Positions 63,035 to 64,000 of a DNA stretch of 64,000 bases are shown here, piece after piece. Each line of letters opens with the position of its first letter. Position 1 is the stretch's first letter. Origin of the DNA: Macrostomum lignano (lineage: Eukaryota). The notes under the pieces are model-generated. The model did not search any database, was not told where the DNA came from, and worked only from the letters and a program-made list of their open reading frames with translations. Location: positions 1 through 64,000 of the forward strand of contig NIVC01002225.1 in assembly GCA_002269645.1 (NCBI GenBank), given 5' to 3'. The position numbers and the translations under genes are program-made.

Positions 63035-63411
63035 ACTCTCATAGAAATCATGTTTATAAATTATCGACTTCCATACAGTAAAGATCAGAATAATCCTATG
63101 ATAATGAATCCTTTAGGCTCGTCCTATATGATAATTGAAACTCACTCAAGCATTCGTCCGTGACTGCAGACGTTTCTCTGACCACGTGTTTTAGACGCGG
63201 ATAAGCAGACAAAAATTGATTTTAGCGTTACTGTTTAAAGTCGGGTCTTTACTATAAATAAAACTGCGTACATAGTTTACCCATGCACTCAGCAGGTATT
63301 CTGAAGTTTATTTAGGTTTCTTGTCCCGGGGGCTAATTGTCGTGCAAATTAAAATTTGTTGAGTTAGAGTCAGTTTATCACACATTTCGCACCCCAGAGC
63401 CACCTGCAGAA

Positions 63412-64000
63412 ATGCCTGATTATCGTAAGTTGCCGACGCTTATGAAAAGTTGGCACAATGCCGCCATCGGCTCGCCGGAATCGAACCCGCGACCTCGGCG
63501 CAGCTTCAGCGCTCCTGGCAGATTTCCGCGTCAAGCGCTCGGAAGATCTCGCCTGTCGCCAGCGCCCATCACCTACGACTATCAGGTGGTGATGAGCAGC
63601 CATCGGCCCACTCGATTCACAGAAACCCGGGCAGCGGCGATGCCAGACTCCACCCGGGCTGTTGAGTCCGCAACGAAGCCTCAAAAAAGTCTTCCGGCAC
63701 TGCCTGTACGAGCGACAAAGAAGAGTCTGCGACTTCAACAGCAGCGGCAGCAGCGACAGCGGCAGCCAGAGGAACCGGCTGTTGAAATTCAGTACACGGA
63801 GCCTCGCCTGCTGGAGACTCGAGAAGCTGCCACACGGGGCGGCATGACGGAGATCCGACGGTACCGCTTCACTGACGACTTCGTGCCTGTCCGGGTGTAC
63901 ATTGTGCCGCCGCCGGCGACAGAAGCGACGCCAGCCAACGAGCTGCAGGATGTCGGCGCTGATGGCAAGAAACGACGCAACAAGAATGGAGCGAATTCGG
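63412..64000 (+). CDS. Partial ORF of unknown function, open to the window end (>=196 aa)
   Basis: ATG at 63412 after cacctgcagaa. Stop-free, GC-rich frame: MPDYRKLPTLMKSWHNAAIGSPES...YRFTDDFVPVRVYIVPPP...KKRRNKNGANS. No recognisable domain. Confidence 0.5.
   Translation, partial: MPDYRKLPTLMKSWHNAAIGSPESNPRPRRSFSAPGRFPRQALGRSRLSPAPITYDYQVVMSSHRPTRFTETRAAAMPDSTRAVESATKPQKSLPALPVRATKKSLRLQQQRQQRQRQPEEPAVEIQYTEPRLLETREAATRGGMTEIRRYRFTDDFVPVRVYIVPPPATEATPANELQDVGADGKKRRNKNGANS

Overview
Eukaryotic, intron-rich invertebrate DNA. Innexins, spliceosomal introns and introns packed with minisatellites suggest a free-living flatworm such as Macrostomum (inference). Left to right: an intronless CK1/TTBK-like pseudokinase with one frameshift; an intronless CYP3-clan P450; a tRNA-derived CORE-type SINE; two convergent innexin genes; a tandem pair of 8-exon genes (~1280 aa each); an 18-exon P5B-type ATPase (ATP13A family, minus strand) with a secreted PAN-like/fibrinogen-domain gene nested antisense in one intron; a 5'-truncated Ty3/Gypsy element; solo-LTR and hAT-MITE-like inserts; and an orphan ORF running off the end. 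The main discovery candidate is the tandem pair, which encodes an alpha-solenoid + ankyrin + Mab-21/cGAS-like (cGLR) fusion. Its N-terminal halves are deeply diverged between copies, its ANK-Mab21 halves are almost identical (introns included), and its nucleotidyltransferase acidic residues look degenerate. All exon models were assembled by hand from GT/GC-AG sites and reading-frame phase; none has transcript support. Most long ORFs over tandem repeats are artefacts.
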